DNA from: Vitrella brassicaformis CCMP3155
Lineage: Eukaryota > Protista > Chromerida
Assembly: GCA_001179505.1 (NCBI GenBank)
Contig: CDMY01000405.1
Coordinates: 186,001-250,000 of the forward strand
Direction of reading: 5' to 3'
Length of the DNA: 64,000 nt
In this document: positions 62,447-64,000 of the stretch, piece by piece
Position numbering within the stretch: position 1 is the stretch's first letter
How the letters are laid out: the number at the start of each line of letters is the position of its first letter
Position numbers and translations under genes: made by a program
The notes under the pieces: model-generated
Told to the model about the DNA's origin: nothing
The model's input: only the letters and a program-made list of their open reading frames with translations
Database searches by the model: none

Positions 62447-63150
62447 ACCACACCGCACCACAGACATAACACAGGTAAGTATTGCGGTCATTGCGTCCCC
62501 CCGCCCGCCCCCCGTGTGTGCGTGAGGTCTGGTCTGTCTCACCGGTGTGTGGTGGCTCCGGTGTGAGGCGGTGAGTCTATGCGCCCCGCTGGACCTCGCC
62601 GAATAGGCCGCCGGTGGCGGGTTTGAAGTTGGGGTCCTTGAGCTTCTTCTCGCGCTTGGCCACCACGGCGTGGCCCATCGAGTGGTAGATGCTGTTGTAC
62701 TTCAACGCCCGCTGCAGCCGGGCCTCAGACATCCTGGAGACACACACCGGAGAGACAGAGACACGGCATTCAACGTGAGCATGCCCCTCCCCTCTCCCAC
62801 CCCAGTGCGTCCCATCCCATGTGTGGCCCAGCTCACCTCTCCAGGTGCCCGTCGCCTGTCATCAGACGCGCCGCAACCGAGTAGGCGCGTTTGCTGTGGC
62901 CGTCCAGCTTGCCAGACAGGCCCGACGCCTCCTTCTCGAGCTTCTCGTGCACCCTCTTCTGCTTCTCCGTCGTTTTCTCGCCACGGACGTTCTGAATGAA
63001 GTTGCCGACGTTGTGAGTCGTCCACAGGAGCATCGGAGCGACGAAGGCCATCTCGTCAAACAAACAGAGGGAGTGCTGTGCGAAGGACGCGAAGCGGACG
63101 CGAAATGGACGCAAAGAGGGGCGGTTGACTGCGAAATCCAAACAGAGGCG
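62447..63150 (-). repeat. Left arm of a long inverted repeat (gene duplication)
   Basis: Its reverse complement matches 63307-64000 nearly base for base, covering the 5' flank, both exons, the intron and the 3' flank. Confidence 0.95.
62577..63051 (-). CDS. 123-aa orphan protein, copy A, 2 exons
   Basis: Exons 63051-62837 and 62733-62577 with a 103-nt intron. MAFVAPMLLWTTHNVGNF...ARLMTGDGHLER|MSEARLQRALKYNSIYHSMGHAVVAKREKKLKDPNFKPATGGLFGEVQRGA*. Confidence 0.8.
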
Positions 63151-63185
63151 GCGTGAAGGCAGGGGGGAGAAAACGAAGGGAATGT

Positions 63186-63254
63186 CAGCGAAGGTTGCGA
63201 ATGCGAGCTCGTAGGGTTTCCAGTGACCAGCGAAGGTCAGTGAGAATAGGGTTT
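63186..63254. promoter_or_regulatory. Putative bidirectional promoter core with two TAGGGTTT and two CAGCGAAGGT motifs
   Basis: The non-duplicated spacer between the inverted copies holds cagcgaaggt at 63186 and 63228 and tagggttt at 63212 and 63247. Confidence 0.4.
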
Positions 63255-63306
63255 CTGCACTGACCTGCCCTCGTTCCCGTTTGCGATTTCATCTTTAAGA
63301 TTCTTG

Positions 63307-64000
63307 CGTCTGTTTGCATTTCACTTTCTCTCTTTGCGTCCTTTCCGCGTCCGCTTCGCGTCCTTCGCACAGCACTCCCTCTGTTTGTTTGACGAGATGG
63401 CCTTCGTCGCTCCGATGCTCCTGTGGACGACTCACAACGTCGGCAACTTCATTCAGAACGTCCGTGGCGAGAAGACGACGGAGAAGCAGAAGAGGGTACA
63501 CGAGAAGCTCGAGAAGGAGGCGTCAGGCCTGTCTGGCAAGCTGGACGGCCACAGCAAACGCGCCTACTCGGTCGCGGCGCGGCTGGTGACAGGGGACGGG
63601 CACCTGGAGAGGTGAGCTGGGCCACACATGGGATGGGATGCACTGGGGCGGGAGAGGGAAGGGGCGTGCTCACGTGGAATGCCGTGTCTCTGTCTCTCTG
63701 ATGTGTGTCTCCAGGATGTCTGAGGCCCGGCTGCAGCGGGCGTTGAAGTACAACAGCATCTACCACTCGATGGGACACGCCGTGGTGGCCAAGCGCGAGA
63801 AGAAGCTCAAGGACCCCAACTTCAAACCCGCCACCGGCGGCCTCTTCGGCGAGGTCCAGCGGGGCGCATAGACCCACCGCCTCACACCGGAGCCACCACA
63901 CACCGGTGAGACAGACCAGACCTCACGCACACACGGGGGGCGGGCGGGGGGACGAAATGACCGCCATGCCCACCTGTGTTATGTCTGTGGTGCGGTGTGG
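63307..64000 (+). repeat. Right arm of the inverted repeat (runs off the window end)
   Basis: Homology to the left arm continues to the last base of the window. Confidence 0.95.
63397..63871 (+). CDS. 123-aa orphan protein, copy B, 2 exons
   Basis: Exons 63397-63611 and 63715-63871 with a 103-nt intron. The protein is identical to copy A except Val for Met at residue 64 (ARLVTG). Confidence 0.8.

Noticed and set aside
62447-64000. Inverted repeat as a DNA transposon, MITE or foldback element
   Set aside because: The arms consist of an intact spliced gene, and there is no transposase or visible target-site duplication.
1-64000. CRISPR arrays, rRNA, tRNA and transposase/RT genes
   Set aside because: No repeat-spacer arrays, cloverleafs, rRNA-like tracts or RT/integrase/transposase motifs were seen; the repeats present are microsatellites.

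Overview
Intron-rich, GC-rich eukaryotic genomic DNA. It carries GT-AG introns full of (GT)n/(GA)n/(GGAT)n microsatellites and five assembly gaps of exactly 300 N each. The gene content (two ApiAP2 genes, an ISP-like protein, a putatively plastid-targeted RimM, Apple/MAM/SRCR extracellular domains) points to a free-living apicomplexan relative such as the chromerid Vitrella; this is an inference, not a lookup. Most entries in the supplied ORF track are partial exons or microsatellite noise, so I rebuilt the gene models by hand from splice signals. I can support 18 genes: ISP-like PH-fold protein (-), 7TM gustatory-receptor-like channel (+), MORN/RSPH1-like (-), orphan with a possible MATH-like fold (-), membrane-anchored low-complexity RGG protein (+), inositol polyphosphate kinase (+), cyclin L/Q-type (-), Apple-GH3 glucosidase (+), RimM with a zinc-finger insert (-), Methyltransf_32/GSTCD-like methyltransferase (+), giant subtilisin-MAM-EGF-SRCR mosaic (-), two convergent ApiAP2 genes (+/-), condensin II CAP-D3 (+), orphan (-), RNF4-like SUMO-targeted RING ligase (+), and an inverted duplicated pair of a 123-aa orphan gene (-/+). 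The most notable items are the insect-GR/OR-like 7TM channel, the mosaic subtilisin with a repeated unnamed module, the Apple-GH3 fusion, the RimM zinc finger, a TAFH-like segment in one ApiAP2, and the inverted duplication. No rRNA, tRNA, CRISPR array or transposase was found.
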